Shown: in pieces, positions 27,001 through 41,412 of the stretch
How the letters are laid out: the number at the start of each line of letters is the position of its first letter
Position numbering within the stretch: the stretch's first letter is position 1
Assembly (NCBI GenBank): GCA_964016885.1
Contig: OZ024743.1
Coordinates: 122,078,001-122,142,000, forward strand
DNA: 64,000 bases
Reading direction: 5' to 3'
Source of the DNA: Eledone cirrhosa
Taxonomy: Eukaryota
Position numbers and translations under genes: made by a program
Notes under the pieces: model-generated
The model's input: the letters and a program-made list of their open reading frames with translations, nothing else
Databases searched by the model: none
Told to the model about the DNA's origin: nothing

Positions 27001-27779
27001 GGCTATTACTATTACACACAGCATCATCAACACCACAATTGCATGTCTATTTTCCATGATCACATGGGTTAGACAGGTTGTTATTCTGTGTGGCTAGATA
27101 TGTCTGGTGACTATGTCTTACTCATATATTCTGTTTTGGGCTTGGTTTTCTATTGTATGCTCTTCATAACATCAAATACATGCATATTTGTCTACTATTT
27201 TTTTCATTGCGTATTTTAGTAACAGACTTTCATGTCAACTTTCTTGGTACTCTTTGTAATCTCACACCAGGTTTAATTATAAACTTGACAATGTGAATTA
27301 AAGTGAAAAGTAAGGGCTTTAGTTCAATAATTTATACATACCATATTTCCTGGCACCAAAGACGCTTTGTTCTCAAGGTTGACAACCAAAAATTTGAAAA
27401 AAAATTATAAACAACCTTTGGCCTCCAGGACGCATGGTAGATTTTTGAAACTTCGACGCCAGGAAATACAATATTGAATGTTAGTAAAGATTTTTCCAAT
27501 TGGCACTGGTACACAACGGCATTAGCTGAGTTTATACAACTGAAAGAATCTCAGTACATGATTGATACTTATGTTATCAACTTTGGAATAAGCAAATCAA
27601 AGTCTACTACATGTAGCATTTCAACTCAGAATGCAAAGGATACTAAATATTTTGAGGCAATTTTATACCATTTCAGTTACTTTGCTACATTTTTTAAACA
27701 ACATTATTATTTTTATTTTAAGTCTGCTTTTCTATGTAAGCATGGGTTAAAGATTATTAACAAACTATATTAAATTATA

Positions 27780-28325
27780 ATTATTTGTAAGATGAGTCAA
27801 GAGGAATCAGATGTAGTGAACAAAAGAAATGGTTGCACCAGTATAGATATGTGATGTATATGGAGGATGTTGGCTGTATAAAGAAATGTCAAGTTCTTGA
27901 AGTTCATGGAATCTGTAGACACCTAGGAGGACATTAAAAGTGGTGGAGATTGACCTCAATAAAAGCACTCAGTCCATCCTGTAAAGGGTTGTGTTGGTGT
28001 TGGTGACATAGTAAAAAGTGCTCAGTTCACCCTGTAACATGGTCACACTGGTGACATAAAAAAAGCACTTAGCTCACCCTATAAGGTAGTCATGCTGGTG
28101 ATACAACAAAAACACCCAGTCCACTCTGTAAGGTGGTTGTGCTGGTGACATGATAAAAGGCACCCAGTCCACACTGTAATGTAGTTGGTGTTAGGAAGTG
28201 GATCTAGCCAAAATACAGATCCATAAGGGCAAGACATGGTCACCTGACCTGACTTGTCTCATAATGTGACAACCCGTCTAACCCATGCAAGTATGAAAAA
28301 TAGACGTCAAACGATGATGATGATA
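27780..28325 (+). mobile_element. Degraded RTE 3' end whose 3' UTR has about 5 tandem copies of a ~45-50 bp unit
   Basis: Repeats of AAAAGCAC(T/C)CAGTCCAC(C/T)CTGTAA...GCTGGTGACA at 27960-28185, then ACCCATGCAAGTATG...GACGT...(GAT)n. Confidence 0.65.
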
Positions 28326-28894
28326 TCATTTTCATCATTTAGCATGTTTTCCCTGCTATCAGAGGTAGGACATATAAATTATGTACCTTCCCTATTTAAT
28401 GTACTAAGTACCTTGTTTGGAAACTTGGAAGTATCAGAGAGTACCATTTTATATAGTTATACAGATTAGTGTTCTCTGATAGCTCAAAGGTTCCCAACAA
28501 ATCCCTCAACAATGGTTTGCTAAATCTGAAATATCAGAAATAAAAGGTAACAAAATCTCTCCCATCCTGTTCCTTTTTTCCATTCACTCTTACTTCTATC
28601 TGACACTGTACCTCACTATTTATAACCCCAACTGTAGTGGCTTTCTAAACATACCCACTCTCCATATTTCATTCACAATATCTCAAGAAAACTATGACAC
28701 ACTGTTTTATATATATATACTAGACCACCCGTGACCTGTTGTGTCATGTTCACTTCAAAAATATTTTTAAATAATTAAAATATACACAGACATATATATA
28801 TAATGTGAAATGAAACTGGAAGGCCCATATATATACGTGTGTGTATGTATATATATAAATGTGTGTATGTATACATATATATATATGTATGTGA

Positions 28895-28943
<49 letters not shown>

Positions 28944-29486
28944 GGTGTCTGTGATCTATATACACTGGTCATAGACACACACACACATATACACATACAC
29001 AACAACACCACCAGCTCTCTCTCTCTCTCTTCCCTCTTCTCTCCCTCTCTCTATGCCCCTCTTTCAATCTACTCTCTCACAACCACTATCTCTTTTTCCT
29101 TATCTCTCTCTGTTTATGAAGGTACCCGGAAAAACCCTGTATCTCAGGAACCCGTGCACCAATTTACACAAAACTTGTTTCATTCTATTTGTATTCACAT
29201 TTCAGGATCAACTTCCTTTCAAAGTATTTTCCCATTATGCGTCCTTTTGGCTGTATTACATTACAGACAAGCAAGCAAGCAATTGCAGAGTTTTAGTAAT
29301 AAATAGATGTAAGTGGATTGTGGTGAAACTAGATGAAATCAAATGTCTGGCTTGTTATAATCAATATCTATATCCTCCTCAGTAACAGATGTGCCTTTAA
29401 TCAGAAGTTGAATACTATTTCTTTTATATCAGTTTGATTTCTACAGTTGTGCACTTTTGTCTCTGTTATTTACATAACTAACTATA

Positions 29487-29670
29487 GGCGGTGGATTGGC
29501 AGTATCGGTAGAGGGTCGGACACCATGCTTTGACACAGAGTTACGGCCCTTGCCATTCTGAGTTCAAATCCCGCTGAGGTTAACTTTGTCTTTCATCCTT
29601 ATGGGGTCGATAAAATAAAGTACCAGTAATACACTGGGTAATTGCTGGCCTTGTGCCAAAAGTAGAAACA
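29487..29670 (+). mobile_element. tRNA-derived SINE (Nin/Deu-like core) with 16-bp TSD
   Basis: Head GGCGGTGGATTGGCAG, B box GAGTTCAAATCC. GTTATTTACATAACTA duplicated at 29465-29480 and 29671-29686. Confidence 0.85.
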
Positions 29671-30229
29671 GTTATTTACATAACTACCTTGGTTGAGAGC
29701 TTCAGCACATTTTCAAATCATTTAGATATCACTGCCAGCAGTGTGATTTTTCCTAATGATGGAATTCTACAGCCATCCTCTTTAAAAAGTCAAGTGATGC
29801 TGCCACAGAGTGAAACTGCTACCACTGCCACAGTGAGGCTAAGTTTTGGATCTACCAGTATATCGGACAAATTCCTTTGTTAGAATTAAGACTGAACTCT
29901 GCTGACAATTTGACCAGTCAGTCCTAGCTACATGCTGTTTGTAATTTTCTGGAAATATCATGTGGCTTCTGTGTGCAGTGCTTGCTAATGCATCAGCTGC
30001 ACATAGGAAGTGGCATTGAAACTGTAGAGTTCGGAGCATTCTGTTTGTTTTCACACTAAGCCACTTACCCACTGTTTAACATATAGTGTCCACTCTGAAT
30101 TACAGATTTACATTTACAACAGGCGATTTTTGTAAATTCATTGAGTGAGTGAATTGTGGCAAAGCAAGACAAAATCTTAACATTTGGCTTGTTATAATTA
30201 GTGTGTGTGTGTGTGTGGGTGCGTGTGTA

Positions 30230-30419
30230 TGAGGTCTGGGTTCAGTCGGGGGTAACCACAGTAAGTAAGGTACTCAATACATAGCAAAGTATAAATATTT
30301 AATATAGAAATGGCTTCTACAGGTCTAGAACTGTTTCATTCGAAGGAAATCATCAGAATTTCCTTCGAATTAAACAATTCTAGACCTATAGAAGCCATTT
30401 CTATATTAAATATATACTT
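30230..30419 (-). mobile_element. Penelope-like terminal-repeat fragment with fold-back inversion and hammerhead core
   Basis: About 62-64 bp inverted arms 30287-30350 / 30358-30419. Minus strand CTGATGA-TTTCCTTCGAAT-GAAAC. Flanked by microsatellites. Confidence 0.65.
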
Positions 30420-31083
30420 ATATATATATATACACACAGACACACACACAAAAACACGCATGTACATACATACACATATATATATATATAAATATATGTA
30501 TATCATCATCACCGTTAAAAGTCTCTTTTTTATGATTGACTTAGTAATAAATACACATATACATCATTCAACCGGAACCCATTAAATCAAATTTCAAATA
30601 AACTTTACAACTATAACTGGCACTGCGTCACTGTTGTCACCTGTTTTTGTGTGGGTGTATATTTTGGGTGTGCTGCACATTGAACAAAAATGGTAAATTT
30701 ATCATAAATATTTAGCTCATTTGATATTGTAATCATGACTCATGATGGGAAACTATCTAATTTTGGGTCTATCTTCTGTTGTGGCATATTGTGGTAGTTG
30801 TTCTGATCTAGTTAGTTGTGTCATAGCATGTACTGGATGGATAAGGATGGCAGAATAATAAGTGAATGAGTAAAATAAAGATCAAAGGTGAGCGACATTT
30901 CACCAGCACACATCCTGTTTATTATTCACATTTATGCCGCTCTCTCAGAAATATGCCCTTTCTTTTAAGGTCTTTGAATCTATTAACTGAAACTGATTTT
31001 CTTTATAATGATTCTCTTCTAGCAGTATCATGATACTTTGTAGCGAAAGTTTTCTTTCAGATCAAATAATATTCTCCCTTGTA

Positions 31084-31705
31084 GGCAGTGAGTTGGCAGA
31101 GTTATTATAATTGTTTCTACTTTTGGCTCAAGGCCAGCAATTACCCAGTTTATTACTGGTATTTTATTTTATTGATCCGGTAAGGATGAAAGGCAAAGTT
31201 AACCTTGACGGGATTTGAACTCAGACCGTAAAGGGACGTAACTATGCTGGAAAGCATGGTGTCCGACCCTCTACCAATACTGCCAAGTCAGATAGAATCC
31301 TTTGCGGAATTAGTTCTGGTTCTCTGTGATCTGAGTTCAAAACCCGCTAAGGTCAACTTTCATTGTTTTGAGGATTCAAGTCAATTGTGTATATTGCCAA
31401 ATATACTATATATACATACACACACACACATATATATATATACATACACACATATATACACACACACATATATATATACACACACATATATACACACACA
31501 CACATTTAAATATTAATTGTTTCTACATTTGGCACAAGGCCGGCAATTATCTCAGTGTATTACTGGTACTTTATTTTATCGACCTCATAAGGATAAAAGG
31601 CAAAGTTAACCTCGGCGGGATTTGAACTCAGATCATAAAGGGCCGTACTCTTTACTGCAAAGCATGGCGTCCGACCCTCTACCGATACTGCCAATCCACT
31701 GCTGT
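31084..31705. mobile_element. Cluster of nested SINEs of the 29487 family in both orientations
   Basis: Minus copies at about 31110-31288 and 31515-31703, and a split plus copy (31084-31108, 31290-31400). Confidence 0.75.
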
Positions 31706-31711
31706 AAATAG

Positions 31712-33043
31712 AATAATGTACAAATGTCAGGAAAATGAAGTGTATGAGTCATGAAATACATGTGTGCGTGTGTTTGGAGGGGGGACATCAGGTGTAGTGT
31801 TGGCGAATCTCAGGAAGCATGGAAGTTTTAAAGGATGCAGTATCTGGACAGCTAACAACTGATGCAGGTAGTTTGTTCCATGCTTCAGCAACACTGAGTG
31901 TGAAAAAATGTTTCCGAATGTTTCATGGAAGCTGTGCTGTTTTCTGACTTTGTGGGCATGCCCACGTGTGTTAGACACATGGAAATCAAAAAGGTGCTCA
32001 GGGTTGTTGTTGGCAAGATGGTTAATAATTTTGTGGGTGTTTATCAAGTCAGTTGCCAGACGTCGGATTTTCAATATGTCCATGCCCAGGGAAGCAAGGC
32101 GTTTAGAGTATGGTAGATGCCAGATGGAGGGTATTCGTTTGGTTGCACGTCTCTGAACAGTTTCAATGTTTTGAGCAAGATAGGGGTTCCAGACTGGTGA
32201 TGCAAATTCTAAGTGTGGCCACACCATAGTTATATACAGCTTTAAATAGATAGCTGGAGAGCGGCTGAAAAAGTTCTTGCTGAGTGATGCTAAGACACCC
32301 TCAGCCTTCTTGACAATTTTAGAGACGTGCTTCGTCCAACGCAAATTGCTCCTGTCCGTAATGCCCAGGTCACGTTCACAAGAAGACTTCATGATGTTAG
32401 TGTTGTGGAGGGAGTATATGGACGCTGGGTTTTTACTCCCAAAATGCATGGTGGTACACTTGTCCACAGCCAGCTTGAGTTGCCAGTCCATGAGCCATTG
32501 TTGCATTGTGTCCAGGTCAGAGTGCAAGCAAGATCTATAGTGTTCATGATCTGTCATTTTTATCTGAAGGTACAGCTTGGTGTCATCTGCATATTTCAAG
32601 ACTGTGGCATTCTTTAAGTTGGCATCTATGTCATTAATATATGCCACAAACAAAAGGGGGCCAAGAACAGATCCTTGTGGTACACTAGATGACTACCTCT
32701 CTTCGACTGAGAACGAAGGACTTCAACCAGTTAAAAAGATCATATTTCACACCCACTGCAGAGAGTTTTGCCATAAGTCTTTTGTGTGGTACAGAACTGA
32801 AAGATTTAGCAAAGTCAAGGTAAACAACATCCACCCATGAGTCACCATCAGTGATCCGGGTGATGTCTTCAAGAAACTCGATAAGTTGATCACAGCAGCT
32901 GGAGTTAGGGATAAATCCAAATTGTGCAGGCCGGATAAGACTGTCAGAGTTCCAGAAGTTCCAAAGTGTTTCCTTGACACAGGATTCCATCAGTTTGGCA
33001 ATGCAGCTAGTAAGACTGACTGGACGATAGTTGATAGGTGATC
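31712..33043 (-). mobile_element. 5'-truncated CR1-clade LINE (RT, frameshifted)
   Basis: QFGF..SC..QL, DVVYLDFAKSF..VPH, FVAYINDI...KYADDTKL, ERDLGI, PHLEFASPVWNPY, IETVQRRATK. Confidence 0.9.
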
Positions 33044-33051
33044 ACATACAC

Positions 33052-33145
<94 letters not shown>

Positions 33146-33642
33146 TCACAGTTCGTCCCTCAGAGGCCACTGGTTCACTGCCCTTAAACACGCTGTGACT
33201 TCTCTCTCCCACGTGTAGCTGGACAGACAATTTTAAAATTCTCTTAGTGTTGTCTGAAATGTATAGCCTTACACACGCTGATGAACTGAGACTAACCCAT
33301 TTCTTTCAACAAATTATTGGTGTAGCATATCTTTGGATTTGTATGGGTGTTATATAGTTATAGAGGTATTTATTTACACTTTAATTTATAATTTTAATTA
33401 TCGTGTCTATAGTCTGCCTTTCATAGGTTATAGATTCCATACACTGATGGTTTTTTCCCTGTATTATTGATAACGCACTGTATATCTCTCTCTGGTGTGT
33501 TACCTTTTCAACATATTGTATTTTAAAGAGCTCAGGATCTTTCTCTCCTTTGAGCACATTATTTAAAGGGAATAGCGAGGGCCTATGCCTCCGTTAATTT
33601 ATCGTGATATATATACATATATATATATATATACACATATTC

Positions 33643-33681
<39 letters not shown>

Positions 33682-33689
33682 CATATACC

Positions 33690-33723
<34 letters not shown>

Positions 33724-33775
33724 CCTATATATATATATATACATATACCTATATATATATATATACCTATATATG

Positions 33776-34436
33776 ATAATAATGGAGCTGCGGCGCTGCA
33801 AATGGGTTACATATGAAAAAGTTTGTCCTCATCAGTGGCCTTCCAACCGTCGTAGGCATTTCGTCGCATTAAAGGCCATATACCTCAGGTTGGTGCGAGC
33901 AACGGCTAAAAAAAAGTCGTTGGGACGCGTAAATAAAGGGGACGCTAGGGTAAACGAACAAAATGGTTTAAGCAGCAGAAAGTGATGAAGAAGGAAACAA
34001 GTCCCAGATTTCTATGAATATAAATTCGGTGGAATCGTGAACGAGAGAATAAAGACCATCAAACCTGGTTGAAATGTGAGCAAGGAAGGAATTTCGCACA
34101 GGTCTAACGGGAGGAAGAAGGGGTCTGGTCTGCGAATTCGGTAAACATAAGTTCTGTGAAGTCGCAGATGAGAGAGAGAGAAAAAAATTCATACCGGCTT
34201 GGCCAAGTGCCCGCGAGAAAAGGATTACGGATAGGTCAAACGGGAGGAAGGGGAGGGGGAGAGGTAGTGACAGAGAGTGAGTGAGTGAAAGGTGAGGAAG
34301 AGGCTAACAGAGAGAGAGAGAGAGAGAGACTGCTAGAAAGGGTAAAGACACAAAGAACGAAACAGACTGGTGGCAGCGGAGGAAAAAATATATGTGTAAA
34401 TATCTCTCTCTGTTAGCCTCTTCCTCACCTTTCACT
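33776..34436 (-). mobile_element. Probable Penelope-like non-coding terminal fragment with short inverted end
   Basis: GC-richer island next to a TA array. Minus-strand CTGATGAG at about 33827-33834. 34-bp inverted repeat 34284-34317 / 34403-34436. Confidence 0.4.
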
Positions 34437-34752
34437 TTATTTACCAAAAAGAAGAACAAGTCAGCATCATTGGATACCATCAGGGTTGCAGGTGTTATAT
34501 CAGAGTTTTCCTTCTCCTAGAATTCTGCCTTGGCAAAGGCTAAGGGGTCATCTCTCCCGGTGATTTTGGATGGCCATTGACTCTTAAGAGCTCCTTTGCT
34601 CTTGAACAGGTTTTGTTTTTAGTCCTGCAGGATGTCCAAAGTCACCCTCCTCACCAAGAAACCTTCGTGGGGTTGCCAGTTTAGTCGCCAACGACCCGAC
34701 CATGGGACAGGTTGTACTGGGATACATGTTACCAGTAGCACCAACTGGGGAC
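34437..34752 (-). mobile_element. RTE-type 5' UTR head (non-autonomous family, same as 63045-63362)
   Basis: Highly similar to 63045-63362. Contains the TAGCCTTTG..AAGGC...CTAGGAGAAGGAAAACTC motif shared with the RTE 5' UTR at about 39000. Confidence 0.8.
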
Positions 34753-34898
34753 ATATATACACATATATATATATACATACATATATATACACACATATAT
34801 ATATATATACATACATATATACATACATACATATATATACACACATATATATATATATACATACATATATACATACATACATATATACATACATATAT

Positions 34899-37800
34899 GA
34901 TGGCTGCCCCCTCGTTATCGAGTATGGCCATTGCACGAGAAAAAAAAAAAAAAAATAATAAATAAATAAAAAGAAAAGAAAAAAAGAAAAAAAAAGAGAA
35001 ATATATATGTATATATATATATACACATACACACACATACACACACACACACACTCACACACACACATTAATAACAATAATAATAATAATAATAACAATA
35101 ATAATAACGACAACAACAATAATAATATACATATACATATATATATACACACACACGCACACACATAAGCATATCTACACACACACACACACACGATAGC
35201 AACTAACAGCGCTGCGATCGAATGTGGCTTTTTAGCCCAGCCAATGATCTAAAATGTCTTGCACAGAGTCGGCAACCAAAACATTCACTGGGAATAGTCG
35301 GCTGTGGTTGGAGTTTGTGTACTTTTGCATGTCGCTTGAGCCCTCCTGCTGATTTACATTCTCTACCACATGTTTGGCAAGCATGATGAGTAGCATCTCC
35401 AACAGCAGCCTGGTAGTCAACCACTGGTCTTTCTTTATGACTGCGAAGATGACTTTCGAGTCCAGCTTTGCTTAGGCAGAGTCTCGCACATACGCTGCAT
35501 GTCAGCACCATAGGAGGACCCTCGCCGTCTGGAAGTGCAACAGCAATGCCCTTCCTCACATCCCGCTTTACTTTCTCGTATGCGATTCGAGATGCCTCAA
35601 AGGCAACTTTTCCCTCATATACAGTCTTTCTCCATTTATTACGATCAGCAGCAATATTCTCCCATGTATCAGCAGAGATGTTAGCGTCTTTCAAGGAATC
35701 CTTATACCTCTTTTTTGGTTTATGTGGCGGTCGTTTTCCTTTAACCAACTCTCCATAAAAGAGTTGTTTTGGTATTCTAGAATCCTTCATCCTGGCAAGG
35801 TGACCACTCCAACGGGTCATTGCTTAAGCACAAGAGCTTCTATACTGTCACACATAGAGCTTTCCAAAATCTCGACATCACTGATGTGGTCCCTCCAGTG
35901 AACGCCATGGATCCGTCTGAGACACATCTGATGGAAACGCTCCAATTGCTTAAGGTGGTGTCGATATGTGACCCAGGTCTCGCAGGCATAAAGAAGACAA
36001 GAGAGCACACATGCCCTGTACACCTTTACCTTTGTCCTCCTGCATATGTCTCGCCGACCCCAGAGTCACCTTTCTAGCTTTCCGAAAGCATCACTTGCTT
36101 TCCTAATCCTAAGTGAGATTTCACTGTCAAGGTTGCTGTATCTATTGACAGTGCTTCCCAGGTAGACAAACTGATAAACCACTCCAAGTCGTTTGCCATA
36201 CACATAGATGTTTGGTTCAGTGTACTGCTTACCAGGGGCAGGTTGGTACATGACGACGGTTTTCTTGAGACTGACAGTCAGACCTAGGGCAGTGCAAGCG
36301 TCAGAAAATGCATTCAAAATGTGCTGCATATCACTCTCTGTGTGCGCTACAAGATCACAATCATCTGCATACAAGAGGTCTCTTATGATTGATGTAAACA
36401 CTTTTATCTTCGCAGCAAAGCGCCTGATGTTAAATATGCTGCCTGAGGTTCGATATCGGATGTAAACACCATGCTCGCAATTCTTGAATGAAATACAGAA
36501 ACCATTGCAAAGTATATGGCAAACAGGGTCGGTGCTGGAATATCCCCCTGCTTCACTCCATTTTTTACTGAGATAGGCTCCGACATGTTACCCCCGACAT
36601 TAACCCAAGCCTTCATGTCGTCATGGAAAGACCTAACTAAAGCAAGGAACTTATCAGGGCAACCAAGTTTCTGGAGAACCTTCCATAATGCATCTCTGTT
36701 AACAGTATCGAAAGCTTTTGTCAGATCGACAAAAACCTGATACAGATCCAAGCCTTGTTCCATGCACTTCTCCTGGAGCTGTCTAGCTGAGAAGATCATA
36801 TCAGTAGTGCCGCGTCCAGCACGAAAACCAGATTGACTTTCAGGAAGAACACAATCTGCAATGTGTGTCAGCAGACGGTCCAGAAGCACCCTACATAAAA
36901 CTTTCCCTACGACAGAAAGCAATGATATACCTCTGTAGTTCCCACAATCGTTCTTGTTACCCTTTCCCTTGTACAAGACCACCATTACTGCATCTCTCCA
37001 GTCCTCAGGTACGGATTCATTAGCCCATATCCTGCCAAACAAAGAGTGAAGATGTTGCAGGAGTCTCTCACCCCCATATTGTAGGAGCTCAGCATGTATG
37101 CCATCCATACCTGGAGATCTTCCACTGTTCAGCTTCGAAATAGCCACTGCAACCTCCACAAGCGTCGGAGGGTCTGCGAGAGCTACTTTCACAGGACTTT
37201 CTGGAATGAGATTGAGGAAATCTTCACTGACGACAGATGGCTGATTCAAAAGATCATCAAAGTGCTCTCGCCACCTTTGTAGAATTCCTTGTGAGTCACG
37301 AAGAAGTTCTTTGCCATCCTTGCTGCGAAACGGTGTCACCAGAGAAGAAGACGGTTCATAAACCTCACGCAAGAGACTGTACAACAGCTTTGTGTTATTG
37401 GAATCAGACGCAGTTTGTATCTCACCAGCCTTCTCACTCCACTACTGATCCTTCATCTGAGAAAGACTCCGCCTAACACGTGATTTTACATCCCTGAGTT
37501 CCTCATGCAACGTATTCCCCTCCTGTGGTTTTGCCATCAAGTAGCGTGACAGAGCACACCTCTTATCAGCCAACAAGTTTTCTATATGTACATCATTCTC
37601 ATCAAACCATTCCTGATGTTTCCTCTGCGCCAATCCCAGAACACGCCTGCCTACATCATAAACCGACTTTTTAAGGGTCGGCCAATCCTCACCAAGATCT
37701 GCAGCCTGCATCTCTTCTTCCAATGTCCTCTTCACATTTTTATCCTTAAGACGAGCAGCATTCAATCTTTTGGGCAGGGCAACACCAGGAGCCCGGATTT

Positions 37801-39102
37801 TACGTTTAGTGATTAGTTTCACTTTTGCGCGTACCAGGCGGTGGTCCGTCCAGCACTCAGCTCCACGAAGAACACGAACACACTGCACATCCTGTCTGTC
37901 ACGCATCCTGACTAGGATGTAGTCCAAAAGATGCCATTCCTTAGATGCAGGATGCATCCATGTGGTCTTGAATTTGTTCTTTTGTTGGAACATGGTGTTG
38001 GTAACACACAGATCCAGCTCCTCACACATCTGCAGCAGGAGCATACCATTGCTGTTACACTTTCCCACCCCATGCCTTCCGATTACATTCCGTGTGTTAA
38101 AATCTCTACCCACTCTAGCATTAAAGTCACCAAGCACGATGACTTTGTCTGCCTGAGGGATATTTCTTAAAACACCTTTCAAGGCATGGTAAAAGGACAT
38201 CTTTTCCTCATCGACAGAACTCATAGTTGGAGCATACACACTCACCAGGGTAGCATATCTTCCCTTGTCCAGCGGAACTCTCATGGACATAAGACGTTCA
38301 CTAATCCCTACTGGGAATTCTTCTAATTTGTTCACAAGCACAGTCTTAACAGCAAATCCTATCCCAGCCTCTCTTCTGGTTCCTTCATCTCTTCCTTTCC
38401 AGAAGAATGTATATTCTCCACAAAATTCCGTAAGATGACCATCTCCAGCTAGCCTCGTCTCAGATAAAGCCACGATGTCAAGATCGTAACGTCGAAGCTC
38501 CTTTGCAACAAGAGCGGTCCTTCGTTCAGGACGCCCCAAGGAATCCCTGTCAAGCAGCGTCCGTACGTTCCAGCAGCCAAGACTAAATGCCTTGTTTGGC
38601 TCTATAACAATGGCACGATGACGAGCGGGCCCAGGCTGTGATAACCTGGGGCCCCTGCCCTTATTGCCAATGATCTTTTTTGTTCCAGAACCTAAATTGC
38701 GATTTATCTCTTTTATATTGTTCTGGAACATCATTGAATATGAAAAAAAAAAAAAAAAAAAGTAATAATAATAGTAATAATAATAATAATAATAATAGTA
38801 CACTATTAATAATTATTAATGCACTGGTGCAATGCCTGTGCGTGACGAATATTTTTAAAGTGAGGAAAGACTGTGCACTGAGCCAATCCCACTCTCTGAG
38901 CGACAGTAGCTATAACCCGAAAAGAAGAAAAGATCAACATCATCGGTAACTACTGAGCCACAGGTTTTATGTCGAAGTTAACCCAGTTTCCTGAGATGCC
39001 TTCTCCTAGAAGAATGCCCTGACAAGGGCTAGGGGTTCTTCACTCCCAGTGGTTTAACTGCGCGATCGGGCATCCAGCCCGATTATTTCTATGTCCCCGC
39101 GC
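34899..39102 (-). mobile_element. Near-full-length RTE LINE (5' UTR, APE, RT, three C-terminal C2H2 fingers, microsatellite-rich 3' UTR), inactivated
   Basis: APE motifs GCWNVRTL, ALSETR, LGDFNARVG, TDHRLV. RT motifs NYRGISLL, DLTKAFDTV, GVKQG, YADD, YLGS. In-frame stops at 37442 and 36066, frameshifts near 36500 and 35820. Confidence 0.95.
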
Positions 39103-39240
39103 AAAAAAAAAAAAAAAAAAATCACTTATTGACACTTATACGTACAACATACACACACGCGCATACATATGCGCGCACACAGCAACACTCATACATACAA
39201 ATAAACACACACACGCTACTCTACTCACTCACACACACAT

Positions 39241-39280
<40 letters not shown>

Positions 39281-39369
39281 TACCGTCATTACTGATACAA
39301 GATTACAAGATTATGTCAACTGTTGACTTTCAAGAGTTTGTATAGTTGAAGCCGATCGTACTACAGTCC

Positions 39370-39538
39370 AGTATTATTATAATTGCTTTACAGCATAGAG
39401 TCACGGCCCTCCACGCTCTGAGCTCAAATCCCGCTGAGGTCAACCTTGCCCTTCATCCCCACGGAGTCAACAAAAGAGAGTACCAGTGATGCGCTGGTCC
39501 AGTCGCTGGATCCGTGCCAAAAGCAGAAAAATTATTAT
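39370..39538 (+). mobile_element. SINE fragment of the 29487 family
   Basis: GAGCTCAAATCCCGCTGAGGTCAACCTTGCCCTTCATCC...GTACCAGT...GTGCCAAAAGCAGAAA(ATT)n. Confidence 0.7.
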
Positions 39539-39827
39539 TAAAGTTGTTTTCTTAAGGCCCGGTCGTTGGTGATGGTGATGGCGGCAGTGGTGGTGGTGGC
39601 AGTTGATGTTGTTGTTGTGTTGTGTGCGTGTGTGTTACATACATATATACATACATATATGTGCGTGTGTGTTACATACATATATACATACATATATACA
39701 TACATACATATATACATACATATATATATATATACATACATACATACATACATACATATACATACATACATACATATATATACATACATACATATATATA
39801 CATACATACATATATATACATACAAAC

Positions 39828-40153
39828 ATAAATTAATAAAATAATGAATAAACAAAGAAACAGTTCCTTATATTAAAAAAATTCATCATTTTACGATCGT
39901 TTCTAGGATATATATGTGTTAGAGTTGGTAACACATATATATCCTAGAAACGATCGTAAAATGGTGAATTTTTTTAATATAAGGAACTGTTTCTTTGTTT
40001 ATTCATTATTTTATTAATTTATCTTGACTCTGTTTTCCGTTTATTTTTCACCGAAAGTAGTTTTTGAATGCATCTTCTCTTTTCATGATATCCGGATTAC
40101 ATTGAGTTCTTCATACGGATTGGACACTACCGTAAACTTTTGGTAGATTTATC
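39828..40153 (+). mobile_element. Penelope-like terminal fragment with 94-bp fold-back inversion
   Basis: Arms 39828-39921 / 39929-40022 with one mismatch. GAAACGATCGTA (hammerhead 3' half, palindromic helix III) at 39947-39958. Embedded in TA/TACA arrays. Confidence 0.65.

Positions 40154-41412
<1,259 letters not shown>

Noticed and set aside
33270-33370. CTGATGA followed by a long imperfect stem as a hammerhead
   Set aside because: No GAAA or helix III was found downstream. At most a decayed remnant.
33820-33872. Minus-strand GAAA...CTGATGAG as a type II hammerhead
   Set aside because: Stems I-III do not pair convincingly.
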